Shown: positions 9,152 through 19,546, counted from the first letter of the stretch. The stretch is DNA of 61,255 nucleotides from an uncultured Pyrinomonadaceae bacterium (GCA_964237245.1 CAXSHW010000014.1:297-61551), one strand, 5' to 3'. Notes: generated by a model not told the origin, from the sequence alone. Made by a program: numbers and translations.

Positions 9152-9925
9152 ATGGGATTGTGGATGAGAATAAAACGGATGTTTTATGCCGGAACGGGCG
9201 CCGCGCTGGACAAGATTGAAAACCCGGAAATGGTTCTTCAGCAGACGATTCGGGATATGCGCGAGCGCGTGCCGGAATTAAATAATTCAGTCGCGCACGT
9301 AATGGCGACCGAACGGCTGCTTGCAAAAAGCAAAGAAAAATTGTCGGAAGAAGTCGTTGATTTGGATTCCAAAATAAAGGCTTCGGTCAAGATGGGACGC
9401 GATGATGTCGCTACTACTTTTATCGGGCAGCTCCAGCAAAAACAACTCGAACTGGTAAAAACATCCGCGCAGCTTGAACAATCGGCGATTGCTTCCAAGC
9501 AAGCTCTGAAAGCGAGAGACAATTATGTTTTGAATATGAATAAGCGCACTGCCGAAGCAATGCAGCTTATCAGCGCGTCAAAACAAGCCAAATTACAGGA
9601 ACAGCTCGCGCAGACGATGGAAACCTTCAACATCGGCGACGACGCTTCGACGTTTAACGAGATGCGCGAAAAAATTGATCGCCGTGTCGCCGCCGCCGAA
9701 GCCAAACTCCAACTCGGAACTTCCAGCGTTGACGCGCAAATGCAGGACATTGAACGCGAAGCCTCAGAAATGCAGTTGCAGGACAAACTGCTCGAATACA
9801 AACAACAGATGGGACTGCTCGGAAGCGGTTCAAACTCAAGCGGCAAACAAATTTCCGCCGCTTCGGAAGTCAACGATTCCGAAACGCTCAACCGAAGTTT
9901 GCTGAACGAATCAAAAGAAAATTAA
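9152..9925 (+). CDS. pspA: PspA/IM30 (Vipp1) family membrane-stress protein
   Basis: The N-terminus MGLWMRIKRMF...AALDKIENPEMVLQQTIRDM and the long coiled coil match the PspA/IM30 family. Confidence 0.9.
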   Translation: MGLWMRIKRMFYAGTGAALDKIENPEMVLQQTIRDMRERVPELNNSVAHVMATERLLAKSKEKLSEEVVDLDSKIKASVKMGRDDVATTFIGQLQQKQLELVKTSAQLEQSAIASKQALKARDNYVLNMNKRTAEAMQLISASKQAKLQEQLAQTMETFNIGDDASTFNEMREKIDRRVAAAEAKLQLGTSSVDAQMQDIEREASEMQLQDKLLEYKQQMGLLGSGSNSSGKQISAASEVNDSETLNRSLLNESKEN

Positions 9926-9978
9926 TTTAAAAATCCGACGGCGAAACCGCCACGCCAAAATAGCATCTAGTAATAGTT

Positions 9979-10830
9979 ATGGCAGATTTAGCAAAGTATC
10001 AGCAGGAAATCAGCAAATTTAATACGAAATACGTCCGCGAAGCCGTCAAAGAACCGGTTAATTTTTGGGGTTTAGCGGGGTTTGCGGTCGCGGCGGCTTA
10101 TACGCAAAGCATCATTCCGCTGCTCATCGCGCTGATTTTCGAGCTTGTTTATATTTTTGTCGTGCCTATGATTCCGTCGTATCGTCAACTAGTCAATACG
10201 CGCGAAAAAGACCGCGTTCGGTCGCTCAATAAAGCGACGCGCGAAAAATTGATAAAATCCTTTACGCCGCGCGAACGCGAAGCCGTCGAATATCTGCGCT
10301 GGCAGAAAGACAAAATTCAGGAAAATTATCACAAATTTACAGGCGCGCGCGAACTGCCTTCCAATTTAACGACGCTTAATCAACGCTGGGAAGATTTCGT
10401 TGACTTACTGGACGTTTATCGCCGACGCAAGCAGCATCTTAAATCAATCAATCGCCAAGCCGTCAATAATCAACTCGCGCAAGCCTTTCGCGCCGCCGAA
10501 AATGCCGGCGATGAAAAAACGCGCCGCGTTCAGCAAACGAACGTCGAAATTCTCAAACGCCGTCTGGCTTCGTTCGACGAATTGGAGAGAAGCGTTAAAT
10601 TGGTCGAAGGACAGCTTCAATCTATCGAAAATTTCTTCGGTTATTTGAACGACGAAATCGTTACGATGTCCACGCCGGAAAAATTTTCCTTGCTCGATTT
10701 TGAACAATTGTCCGATTCGATTGCGATGACCAAACAAATGCTCGACGCGACATCGGATTCGGTCGGCGCGCTCGATGCTTACAACCGCGAAATGGGCAAT
10801 TATGAATTGCTGCCAAATTCAAATTCTTAA
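9979..10830 (+). CDS. Hypothetical membrane protein: two N-terminal TM helices plus a helical/coiled-coil domain of about 200 aa
   Basis: 283-aa ORF starting 54 nt after pspA. TM hairpin is FWGLAGFAVAAAY..IIPLLIALIFELVYIFVVPMI. I recognised no family; the architecture is reminiscent of XpaC-like partners. Confidence 0.7.
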   Translation: MADLAKYQQEISKFNTKYVREAVKEPVNFWGLAGFAVAAAYTQSIIPLLIALIFELVYIFVVPMIPSYRQLVNTREKDRVRSLNKATREKLIKSFTPREREAVEYLRWQKDKIQENYHKFTGARELPSNLTTLNQRWEDFVDLLDVYRRRKQHLKSINRQAVNNQLAQAFRAAENAGDEKTRRVQQTNVEILKRRLASFDELERSVKLVEGQLQSIENFFGYLNDEIVTMSTPEKFSLLDFEQLSDSIAMTKQMLDATSDSVGALDAYNREMGNYELLPNSNS

Positions 10831-10912
10831 AATACAGCAAAAATAAGTTCGCCTTGCAGCATCTATTTTAATCCGGTAAAGCATCTTACATCCAAAATTT
10901 GAGGTGCTGAAA

Positions 10913-12205
10913 ATGAAAAAATTTACCTTTGCGCTTTGTTTGATTTTTCTTGGTTTGAGTTTTACAAACAATTTCGCTCAATCTCGCCGCCCTAAACCCG
11001 CGCCGGAAACCGATACCGGAAAAGCTAACGAACGTTCTGCCGCCACCGCAACTCCGACGCCGCAAAAAATCGATCCCGAAGATTTGCCGAACAACACCAA
11101 TATTGAAATCGTCACTCCGACACCGGAAAACAGCGGCAATGTCGAAACAGATTCGGACGTGATAACGGTCAACACGGATATGGTTTCCGTTCCCGTAAAG
11201 ATTTTAGATCGCAGCGGCAGGTTCGTCAGCGGTTTGACGAAAGAAAATTTTCAAGTTTTAGAAGACAACCAGCCGCAGGAAATCGCTTATTTTTCTAATG
11301 AACAGCAGCCTTTTACCGTCGCGCTCGTTTTGGATATGAGTCCTTCCAGCACATTTAAAATTAACGAAATTCAATCGGCGGCGATGGCTTTCGTCAATCA
11401 ATTGCGCCCGAATGACAAAGTAATGGTCGTTGCTTTCAACCAAGATGTTATGGTTCTCAACCCGCCGACCAACGACCGAGATGCTTTGCAGAGAGCCATC
11501 AGAAGCACCAAAATCGCTTCAGGCACGAGTCTCTATGAAGCGATTGATTTGGTAATAAATCAAAAATTGAAAAAAATTACAGGACGCAAGGCAATCGTTT
11601 TATTTACCGACGGCGTTGATACGACGAGTATGCGCGCCACCGATTGGAACAATTTGAGCGACGCTCTGGAACTCGACGCGCTCGTTTATCCGATTGAATA
11701 CGACACTTTCAACGACGTGCAGAGAATGAAAAACAGTCCGCCGGTCATTGCGCCGCCGACTTCGAGTCCGAATCCTTCACAGAATAAAAATCCGTTTCCT
11801 TTCCCAACTACAACAACCCCATTTCCTTCGCAAAATAAAAATCCGTTTCCTTTTCCGACCACTACCGGCGGAAGCGGCAACGGCGGAATCGGTGGAATCG
11901 GCACGCCGAGCAGTCAGGGAACGACAGCCGAAGATTACCGCAAAGCCGATAAATACTTAAACGATATGGCAAGTCGCACGGGCGGCAGACTTTACAAAGC
12001 GGACACGACCATCAATCTCGCGCAGGCTTTTTCCAACATCGCCGCCGAACTGCGCGAGTATTACAGTCTCGGCTATTATCCGGCTGAAAAAAGCAAAGAA
12101 TCGAAAAGCCACCGCATAAAAGTTAAAGTTGATAAAGAGAATTTAGTCGTCCGCGCGCGTGAAAATTATGTTACCGGCGGTAAAAAAGATAAAAAGGGAA
12201 AGTAA
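10913..12205 (+). CDS. VWA domain protein (VWFA-related acidobacterial type), secreted
   Basis: Signal peptide, then a VWA/MIDAS region (VALVLDMSPSS). An internal Pro-rich tandem repeat is present. ATG 10913 has GAGGTG upstream; the ORF track starts at GTG 10904. Confidence 0.85.
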   Translation: MKKFTFALCLIFLGLSFTNNFAQSRRPKPAPETDTGKANERSAATATPTPQKIDPEDLPNNTNIEIVTPTPENSGNVETDSDVITVNTDMVSVPVKILDRSGRFVSGLTKENFQVLEDNQPQEIAYFSNEQQPFTVALVLDMSPSSTFKINEIQSAAMAFVNQLRPNDKVMVVAFNQDVMVLNPPTNDRDALQRAIRSTKIASGTSLYEAIDLVINQKLKKITGRKAIVLFTDGVDTTSMRATDWNNLSDALELDALVYPIEYDTFNDVQRMKNSPPVIAPPTSSPNPSQNKNPFPFPTTTTPFPSQNKNPFPFPTTTGGSGNGGIGGIGTPSSQGTTAEDYRKADKYLNDMASRTGGRLYKADTTINLAQAFSNIAAELREYYSLGYYPAEKSKESKSHRIKVKVDKENLVVRARENYVTGGKKDKKGK

Positions 12206-12223
12206 AACACAGTGTTTTTTACG

Positions 12224-12257
12224 AAAAAGCGCTGTCATTTAAATGACAGCGCTTTTT
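12224..12257. terminator. Bidirectional terminator between the convergent VWA and E1 genes
   Basis: Perfect 17-bp palindrome: aaaaagcgctgtcattt / aaatgacagcgcttttt. Confidence 0.8.
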
Positions 12258-12277
12258 CTGTTAGTTTTATTGAATTT

Positions 12278-14590
12278 TTAGTATCTCATCAATTCTGCGA
12301 CTGATTTTTCAACGTCGTCAATCTGCGGCAGAATAAAATCTTCGAGTTGCGGCGCGTAACCGACGAACGTATCGGTCGCGCCGACCCGACGGACGGGCGC
12401 GTCGAGATATTCAAACAATTCGTCGGCAATTCGGGCGGCGATTTCCGCGCCGTAGCCGAATGAAATCGAATCTTCGTGCGCGACGACGGCGCGATTTGTT
12501 TTCTTGACCGACTCGGCGATTCGTTCCCAATCGTAAGGCGCGAGCGAGCGCAAATCAATCAATTCAACCGAAATTCCTACTTTTTCTAACCGTTTCGCGG
12601 CTTCAAAACTTCTTTGCACCAATGCGCCATAAGTAATAATCGTCACGTCCGAACCTTCTTTAACGACTCTTGCTTTGCCGAACGGAATCATAAATTCCGA
12701 CGACGGGTATTGCGATTTGTTGTAAACTTGACGATATAAATGTTTGTGTTCGAGAAACAAAACCGGATCGTCGCAGCGAATCGAAGTCCGCAAAAGACCG
12801 TTTGCGTCCAGAGCGTTTGACGGATAAACGATTCGCAAGCCGGGAATATGCGAAAAGAGCGTCGTTCCCGATTGCGAGTGATAAACCGCGCCGCCTTTCA
12901 AATAACCGCCGACCGGAACGCGCATCACGATTGGCGATTTCCAATCGTTATCCGAACGCCAGCGCATCAGCGCGAGTTCGTTTCTAATCTGGTGATAAGC
13001 GGGGAAGATGTAATCGAAAAATTGAATTTCGACGACGGGTTTCAAACCGCGCGTCGCCATTCCGATTGCGCGTCCGACGATGTTCGCTTCGGCAAGCGGC
13101 GAGTTGAAAACGCGCGCCGAGCCGAATTTTCTTTGCAAATTTGCCGTAACTTTGAATACGCCGCCTTTGCCTTTGACCTGTTCGAGATATTCTTCTTTTG
13201 AAACGTCCGCCACATCTTCGCCGAAAACTACGATGCGAACGTCGCGCTCCATTTCTTCGTGCATACAACGGTTGATCAGGTCAACCATCGTTCCGGCATT
13301 GCCGGAAAGTTCTGCGCCGTCTTCAGTGTCGAAATCTTTTGAAGTCGGATCAACGTCCGGCGAATAGACATTTCTCAGGGCAGTTTCGGGCGCGGGCTGC
13401 GGCGAAGCAATCGCAATGTCTGACGCTGCCGTGATTTCCGCGTCAACTTCCTTGCGCAATTTTTCCAAATCCTCGGATGACACGATGCCTTCGGTCATTA
13501 AAAATTCGGCGTAAGTTTTTATCGGATCAATTTCCGCGTCTTTCTGGCGTTCTTCGTCGGGACGATAAAGTTTTTCGTCATCGGAAAGCGAATGCGAATA
13601 AGGGCGCGTAACTTTAGCGTGAATGAACGCCGCGCCTTTGCGAGCGCGGCAATGTTCGACGGCGTTTTTGAAAGTCGCGTAAGATTCCAGCGGATTCGTG
13701 CCGTCGCATCTCTGAATGTAAAGATTCGGAAAACCTTCGACCAATTTTGAAACGTCGCCGCCTGCCGTTTGCACCGAAACCGGAACTGAAATCGCATAAC
13801 CGTTATCTTCGATTAGAAAAATAACCGGCAATTTCAAATTGCAAGCCGTGTTCAGTGCTTCCCAAAATTCGCCTTCGCTCGATGTTCCGTCGCCGATTGA
13901 AACATAGACGACTTCATCGCCTTTGAAACCCGTAACTTTGTCCTGTAATTCTTCGACGAGCGACGCCCGATACGACGCTTCCGCCGCGCCGACGGCTTGC
14001 AGCAATTGCGTTCCGGTCGGCGAAGACTGCGACGGAACATTTAGTTTGACGCTGCCCCAATGCGAAGGCATCTGTCGTCCGTGCGAGTTCGGATCGGCTT
14101 CCGCGCCGACCGCTGATAAAAGCATTTCGAGCGGCGACATTCCCAACTGCAAAAGCAACGCGCGATCTCTATAATACGGATAAAACCAATCGTAACCGGT
14201 TTTCATCGCTAGTCCTGCCGCGGTCAAAATCGCTTCGTGTCCCGCGCCGGAGATTTGGAAAAAGATTTTATTCTGACCTTTGAGTTGAATTTCCTTGTCG
14301 TCAACGCGCCGCGATTGATACATCGTGCGATAAATTCCCGTTAAAGTTTGCGCGTCCAAACCTTGATATTTGCCCGCGTCAAAAGCCGGTTTGCCGTTAG
14401 CGGATTTCGTCGGCTTTTTCGGTTTGACGGTTGTTTCGGGCTTTAACGATTTCGCCGTTTTGATCACGGTTTTTGTTTCATTGTAACCGTCGGCTTGCAT
14501 TCGCTTCGGGTTTTCGACGATTTTTTCTTTGTTATTATTATTTTTCGCTTTGGTATTTTTCGCAGTTTTAGCTTTTGATGCTGTTGCCAT
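12278..14590 (-). CDS. 2-oxoacid (branched-chain/pyruvate type) dehydrogenase E1 component, fused alpha/beta subunits
   Basis: The TPP-binding alpha part ([15 protein letters not shown]) is followed by a transketolase-like beta part. About 80 aa of Lys-rich N-terminal extension precede it. ATG 14590 (MATASKAK). Confidence 0.9.
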   Translation of the reverse strand: MATASKAKTAKNTKAKNNNNKEKIVENPKRMQADGYNETKTVIKTAKSLKPETTVKPKKPTKSANGKPAFDAGKYQGLDAQTLTGIYRTMYQSRRVDDKEIQLKGQNKIFFQISGAGHEAILTAAGLAMKTGYDWFYPYYRDRALLLQLGMSPLEMLLSAVGAEADPNSHGRQMPSHWGSVKLNVPSQSSPTGTQLLQAVGAAEASYRASLVEELQDKVTGFKGDEVVYVSIGDGTSSEGEFWEALNTACNLKLPVIFLIEDNGYAISVPVSVQTAGGDVSKLVEGFPNLYIQRCDGTNPLESYATFKNAVEHCRARKGAAFIHAKVTRPYSHSLSDDEKLYRPDEERQKDAEIDPIKTYAEFLMTEGIVSSEDLEKLRKEVDAEITAASDIAIASPQPAPETALRNVYSPDVDPTSKDFDTEDGAELSGNAGTMVDLINRCMHEEMERDVRIVVFGEDVADVSKEEYLEQVKGKGGVFKVTANLQRKFGSARVFNSPLAEANIVGRAIGMATRGLKPVVEIQFFDYIFPAYHQIRNELALMRWRSDNDWKSPIVMRVPVGGYLKGGAVYHSQSGTTLFSHIPGLRIVYPSNALDANGLLRTSIRCDDPVLFLEHKHLYRQVYNKSQYPSSEFMIPFGKARVVKEGSDVTIITYGALVQRSFEAAKRLEKVGISVELIDLRSLAPYDWERIAESVKKTNRAVVAHEDSISFGYGAEIAARIADELFEYLDAPVRRVGATDTFVGYAPQLEDFILPQIDDVEKSVAELMRY

Positions 14591-14692
14591 TTTGATAATT
14601 CCTACTTTGATAACGATTTTTGATAAAAGGACAAAGTTATAAAATACCAAAGATTAGAGAAGTGAGCAATTTGCGGAAAAACTGCCGCGTCG

Positions 14693-15019
14693 TTAATCGG
14701 TGTAATCGAGTTCGAGAAGTTCTCTGTATTCGTCAGACATCGAAGGATGTCCGTGCTTTTCCGCCTGGATAATTCCTTGCGCGATAGCGTTTTTCGCGTT
14801 TTCCCGTTCGCCGATTCGCGCGTAAGCCTTCGCCAACATTCCGTAACCCGCGCCTTCGTCGTCCGCTTTGTGCAAATAATCAACCAGCGTCGGAATCGCG
14901 TTGGCGTAATCTTCTACTTTTAAATATTCATTCGCCAAACCGAACAAAACCATTGTATTCGCCGGATCGCTTTCGAGCATTTGTTTGAAAACTTCGATTC
15001 TGTTTTGCATATGTTTCAA
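14693..15019 (-). CDS. Small TPR-like repeat protein
   Basis: 108-aa ORF with TPR-like helices (LFGLANEYLKVEDYANAI, YGMLAKAYARIGERENA). Confidence 0.65.
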   Translation of the reverse strand: MKHMQNRIEVFKQMLESDPANTMVLFGLANEYLKVEDYANAIPTLVDYLHKADDEGAGYGMLAKAYARIGERENAKNAIAQGIIQAEKHGHPSMSDEYRELLELDYTD

Positions 15020-15172
15020 GATACATAACTTTTTGCCAAAGTAAAACTTTGCCCGCGAAACCTGACAAATAAAAAAACGATTCTCGGTTTTATTTGAAAT
15101 ATTTTGCGCTCCGTTACATTACGAGTAAATTAAGTTACACTAACCGATTCAATAAAATTTGAATTTTTTACA

Positions 15173-17098
15173 ATGAATATGCAAACAGAAGAATCTAATG
15201 AAATCACCTTCGCGCAATTCGGTTTGAGCGATGAATTAATGAAAGCGGTCAGCGATTTAGGTTATGAAATTCCGTCGCCGATTCAGCAGAAAACTATTCC
15301 TTTATTGTTGCAGGGAAACGACATAATCGGACAGGCGCAGACGGGAACGGGCAAAACGGCGGCGTTCGCGCTGCCGACTTTGCAGAAAATTGACACGACG
15401 ACTTCTAAAATTCAGGCACTCGTTTTGACACCGACGCGCGAATTGGCGATTCAGGTCGCCGAAGCGTTTCATTCCTACGCCAAACATCTCGGTCGTGTGC
15501 GCGTTCTGCCGGTTTACGGCGGGCAATCAATTTCTCAGCAAATCAGGCATTTGCGGAGCGGCGTGCAGATTATCGTCGGCACGCCCGGTCGCGTGATGGA
15601 TCACATTCGGCGCGAAACGATTGATATTTCCAATCTGAAAATGGTCGTTTTAGATGAAGCCGACGAAATGCTGAATATGGGTTTCGAGGAAGATGTCGAA
15701 TGGATTTTGTCGCACACGCCGGATTCGCGCCAGACCGCGCTTTTTTCGGCGACGATGCCGCGCCAAGTGAAACGCATCGCCGAAAAATATCTGCAAAACG
15801 CCGTCAATGTTGAAATCGAGCAGAAAACGATGACCGTGCCGACGATTCAGCAGTTTTATCTGAACGTCTCCGAAAATCAAAAAGCCGACGCGCTGACGAG
15901 ATTGCTTGAAACCGAAACCGCGTCGGGCGAAGCGGTTCTGATTTTTCACCGAACGAAACTCGGCGCGGCGAATCTGACCGACAAATTACAGGCGCGCGGT
16001 TATGCCGCCGAAGCGATGCACGGCGATATGAGTCAGGCGCAGAGAGAAATCGTTATCAAAAAATTACGCAGCGGCGCGGTCGAAATCGTTGTGGCGACGG
16101 ACGTTGCCGCGCGCGGTTTGGATGTCGAACGCATTGCGACGGTCGTTAATTTCGATATGCCTTCGGACACGGAAAATTACGTTCATCGCATCGGACGCAC
16201 CGGACGCGCCGGACGCGAAGGTAAAGCGATTCTGTTCGTTACACCGCGCCAACAGCGAATGATGCGCGACATCGAAAAATATACGAAGCAAAAAATCGAA
16301 CCGATCAAACTGCCGACGCAGGCTGATGTCGCCGCTCGTCGGGTTTCGATTTTGAAAGAGCGCATTGTTTCGACTTTGACTGAACAAAATTTGGAACTTT
16401 ACCTTTCTTTAGTTGAAGATTTAGCCGAAGAAACCGGACGCGACGCGGTGGAAATCGCCGCCGCCGCGACGTTTTTAGCGGTCGGCGAAAAACCGCTCGA
16501 AGTCAAAGTCGCGCCGGAACGCGAGCGATTTTCATATTCCGAAGAAGGAATGACGCGCCTTTTAATTGATGTCGGTCGCCGTCATCAAATCAGTCCGGCG
16601 CACGTCGTCGGCGCGATTGCCAACGAAGCTGACGTGCCGGGCAAAGCCATCGGCGCGATTGATGTCAACGACCGTTTCACGCTGGTTGATGTTCCGGCGC
16701 AATTCGTCGCGCAAATCCTCGAACGAATGAGCCGCAGTCGCATCGGCAAACAAAACGCCAACATTCGCCTCGCTTCAAATGTCGAAAGCGAACCCGTCAA
16801 AGAATCCGCGCCGCGCCCGACGCGCGAATTCAACAGAGAATCCGCGCCGCGCCGTGAGCGCGAATTCAAAACGGAACAACCTCCAAAGCGCGAATTTAAG
16901 AAAGAAATCACACACGAACGCCAGTTTGAAAGCGGCGGAAATTTCACGCCGAAAAAACGCCTTAAAACCGCAAAAATCGAAAGCCTAAAATTTGAAACTC
17001 GAAAACCGAAAGACACGGTAAAACGCAAAAAATCGGAAAAGCTAAACGCGAAAAGCCCGTTTGCCGCTTTCGCTAAAACTAAGCGAAAGAAAAAATAG
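15173..17098 (+). CDS. deaD: DEAD-box ATP-dependent RNA helicase (DeaD/CsdA type)
   Basis: Motifs AQTGTGKT, PTRELA, VLDEADEM, SAT and HRIGRTGRAG, plus a DbpA-type RNA-binding domain. The Lys/Arg-rich tail contains a 36-nt tandem repeat (16802-16869). Confidence 0.9.
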   Translation: MNMQTEESNEITFAQFGLSDELMKAVSDLGYEIPSPIQQKTIPLLLQGNDIIGQAQTGTGKTAAFALPTLQKIDTTTSKIQALVLTPTRELAIQVAEAFHSYAKHLGRVRVLPVYGGQSISQQIRHLRSGVQIIVGTPGRVMDHIRRETIDISNLKMVVLDEADEMLNMGFEEDVEWILSHTPDSRQTALFSATMPRQVKRIAEKYLQNAVNVEIEQKTMTVPTIQQFYLNVSENQKADALTRLLETETASGEAVLIFHRTKLGAANLTDKLQARGYAAEAMHGDMSQAQREIVIKKLRSGAVEIVVATDVAARGLDVERIATVVNFDMPSDTENYVHRIGRTGRAGREGKAILFVTPRQQRMMRDIEKYTKQKIEPIKLPTQADVAARRVSILKERIVSTLTEQNLELYLSLVEDLAEETGRDAVEIAAAATFLAVGEKPLEVKVAPERERFSYSEEGMTRLLIDVGRRHQISPAHVVGAIANEADVPGKAIGAIDVNDRFTLVDVPAQFVAQILERMSRSRIGKQNANIRLASNVESEPVKESAPRPTREFNRESAPRREREFKTEQPPKREFKKEITHERQFESGGNFTPKKRLKTAKIESLKFETRKPKDTVKRKKSEKLNAKSPFAAFAKTKRKKK

Positions 17099-17110
17099 CA
17101 AAGAAATTAG

Positions 17111-17181
17111 CCACGAACAGACACGAAAAAGCACGAAAGAAATTTGAATAATTTTTCGTGCTTTTTCGTGTCTGTTCGTGG
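17111..17181. repeat. Perfect 28-bp inverted repeat (CACGAA x3, period 10); likely bidirectional terminator for deaD and acd
   Basis: ccacgaacagacacgaaaaagcacgaaa (17111-17138) is the exact reverse complement of 17154-17181. Confidence 0.9.
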
Positions 17182-17190
17182 CAAAAAATC

Positions 17191-18372
17191 TTATTTGCCG
17201 CTCATAATCAACTTCGCAATCGTCGCCAACTGCATATTCGACGTGCCTTCGTAAATCGCGCCGATTTTTGAATCGCGCCAGAATTTTTCGACCGGATAAT
17301 CTTTGACGTAACCGTAGCCGCCGAAGAGTTCGATGGCTTTTGACGAAACTTTTTCTGCCACGCGCGACGAATAAACTTTCGCCATCGCCGCTTCTTTTAA
17401 GAACGGTTTGCCCGCGTCTTTCAAACGCGCGGCGTTGTAAACCAATAAACGCGCCGCTTCGATGTCCATCGCCATTTCCGCAAGTTGAAATTGGACGGCT
17501 TGGAAATCGGAGATTTTTTTGCCGAATTGTTCGCGCTCATTTGTGTAATTCAAAGCGGCTTCAAACGCGCCCTGCGCGATGCCGACCATTTGCGCGCCGA
17601 TGCCGATTCTGCCTTCGTTTAAGGTTTCGATGGAAACTTTGTAACCTTTGCCTGTTTCGCCTAAAACGTTTTCTTTCGGAACTTTGCAATTATCCAAAAT
17701 CAATTCGGTTGTCGAACTCGCGCGAATTCCCAATTTGTCTTCTTTTTTGCCGACTGAAAAACCTTCAAATCCTTTTTCGACAATAAATGCGGTAATACCT
17801 TTGTAGCCTTCTTCGGGATTAACGGTGGCGAAAACGATGAAAATTTCGGCTTCGTTGCCGTTGGTAATCCAGAGTTTTTGCCCGTTGATTTCCCAGAAAT
17901 CGCCTTTGTCAACGGCGCGGGTTTTCAAAGCGAAAGCGTCCGAACCGCTTCCGGCTTCCGACAAAGCATATGCGCCGACCTTCGATTCAGCCATTTGCGG
18001 CAGATATTTCGATTTTTGCGCGTCGTTTGCCCAGCGAATAAGCGCGTTTGTGACGAGCGTGTTTTGAACGTCAACAAAAACCGAAACGCTCGCGTCAACT
18101 CTGGCGAGTTCTTCGATTGCCAGAATCGCGTTGAACATCGTCGAACCCGCGCCGCCGTATTCTTCGGGCGTTTCGATTGCCATCAAACCCAGGTCAAAGC
18201 ATTGTTTGATTAAATCTTTGTCCAACTTCGCGTCGTGTTCCATTTTTTCGACGCGCGGACGAACTTCGCCTTCGGCAAATTCTCTGACCGATTGGCGAAA
18301 AAGCTCTTCTTCTTCGGATAAAGTCGTTAATGCGGGATGTGTAGATTCTTGTCCTAAAGCTGTCGCGTTCAT
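17191..18372 (-). CDS. Acyl-CoA dehydrogenase (short/branched-chain type)
   Basis: Full-length ACAD fold signatures, including the C-terminal IYEGTSNMQ. ATG 18372 (MNATALGQ). Confidence 0.9.
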   Translation of the reverse strand: MNATALGQESTHPALTTLSEEEELFRQSVREFAEGEVRPRVEKMEHDAKLDKDLIKQCFDLGLMAIETPEEYGGAGSTMFNAILAIEELARVDASVSVFVDVQNTLVTNALIRWANDAQKSKYLPQMAESKVGAYALSEAGSGSDAFALKTRAVDKGDFWEINGQKLWITNGNEAEIFIVFATVNPEEGYKGITAFIVEKGFEGFSVGKKEDKLGIRASSTTELILDNCKVPKENVLGETGKGYKVSIETLNEGRIGIGAQMVGIAQGAFEAALNYTNEREQFGKKISDFQAVQFQLAEMAMDIEAARLLVYNAARLKDAGKPFLKEAAMAKVYSSRVAEKVSSKAIELFGGYGYVKDYPVEKFWRDSKIGAIYEGTSNMQLATIAKLIMSGK

Positions 18373-18451
18373 AAAATTTTCCTTTGATTTTGTTTTTAAA
18401 AATAAATGTTCTAACATCTTAAACAACCCGAAAGGCAAAAGGCAAAGAGAC

Positions 18452-19546
18452 GTGAATTCAGAAATCGAAACTCAAAACTCAAATTTTCAAATTCCAAATT
18501 CCAATCAAAAAAACCTTAATCGGCTGAAACTTTTCGCCGTCGTTATGACGGTTTTGGGCGCGGGACTTTTTACTTATTTCATTTATTCGGTCGGCTGGCG
18601 CGATATTGTGCGCGGCATTGCGCGAATCGGTTTCGGCGGATTTTTGATTATTCAATTCCTTTATTTTCTGCGCATCGCGGTTCGCGCGATGGCTTGGAAA
18701 CTGAGCGTTTCCGAGCCGTATAAACTCGATTTGCGCGATACGCTGCCTGCCGTGATTATCGGCGAAGCCTTGAGCAGTCTGATTCCACTGGGAGTTTTAA
18801 TCAGCGGAACTTCAAAAGCGATTGCGGTCAAAAAGCGCGTGCCGCTGGTCGTCGGTTTATCGAGCGTGGCGACGGAAAATTTGTTTTATTCGCTGATCAC
18901 CGGAATTTTTATCTGCTTCGGCGCGTTTGCTTTTCTGCACAGTTTTGAATTGGCGGAAGGCTGGGTTTGGACGATTGATTTTTTTATCGGGCTGATTTTT
19001 CTGCTGATTTTTCTCGGCATTTTGATGGTCGCGCAGCAATGGCATTGGGCGAGTTCGTTGTGCAATTGGCTTTATAACAGAAATTTCGGCAAAAGATTTC
19101 TTGAAACGGGAAGAGTTCAAGTCAGAGAATTTGAAGATTTGATTTACGAATTTTACCGCGAATATCCGCGCCGTTTTTTGCCGATTACTTTATTGGAAGT
19201 TGCCTATCACATCATCGGCATCGCAGAAGTCTGGTTTATTTTAAGCCGCATCAGCCGCGTTTTTCCGAGTCTTTATACATCGTTTTTGCTCGAATCAATC
19301 AGCCGGATGATTACGATTGTCTTCAAATTAATTCCGTTTTTAATCGGCGTGGACGAAGCGGGAGCGAGATTTGTCACGGAAACGCTTGCCTTAGGCGCGA
19401 GCATCGGCGTGACGCTGGCAATCATTCGAAAGGGAAGAATTTTATTTTGGACGGCAGTCGGGTTAATTTTAATCATTAAGCGCGAGCTTTCGTTAAAAGA
19501 AATCCACAGCATCGGCAGTGCCGAATTCATTGAAGAAGCCGAATAA
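18452..19546 (+). CDS. Flippase-like domain (UPF0104 / lysyl-PG synthase TM-region family) membrane protein
   Basis: Multi-TM ORF. The 5' part of the tracked ORF (18131-18451) is antisense to acd and was discarded. GTG 18452 is the first plausible start but runs through a heptamer array, so the start is uncertain. Confidence 0.7.
   Translation: MNSEIETQNSNFQIPNSNQKNLNRLKLFAVVMTVLGAGLFTYFIYSVGWRDIVRGIARIGFGGFLIIQFLYFLRIAVRAMAWKLSVSEPYKLDLRDTLPAVIIGEALSSLIPLGVLISGTSKAIAVKKRVPLVVGLSSVATENLFYSLITGIFICFGAFAFLHSFELAEGWVWTIDFFIGLIFLLIFLGILMVAQQWHWASSLCNWLYNRNFGKRFLETGRVQVREFEDLIYEFYREYPRRFLPITLLEVAYHIIGIAEVWFILSRISRVFPSLYTSFLLESISRMITIVFKLIPFLIGVDEAGARFVTETLALGASIGVTLAIIRKGRILFWTAVGLILIIKRELSLKEIHSIGSAEFIEEAE
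18468..18509. repeat. Array of six heptamers (AAACTCA x2, AATTTTC, AAATTCC x2, AATCAAA)
   Basis: Read directly from the sequence; 42 nt lying between the divergent acd and flippase-like genes. Confidence 0.8.

Noticed and set aside
18131-18451. The 5' extension of the flippase-like ORF, which the track lists as 471 aa.
   Set aside because: The extension is antisense to the well-supported acyl-CoA dehydrogenase gene and encodes no membrane or conserved features. The real gene starts after the acd start codon.
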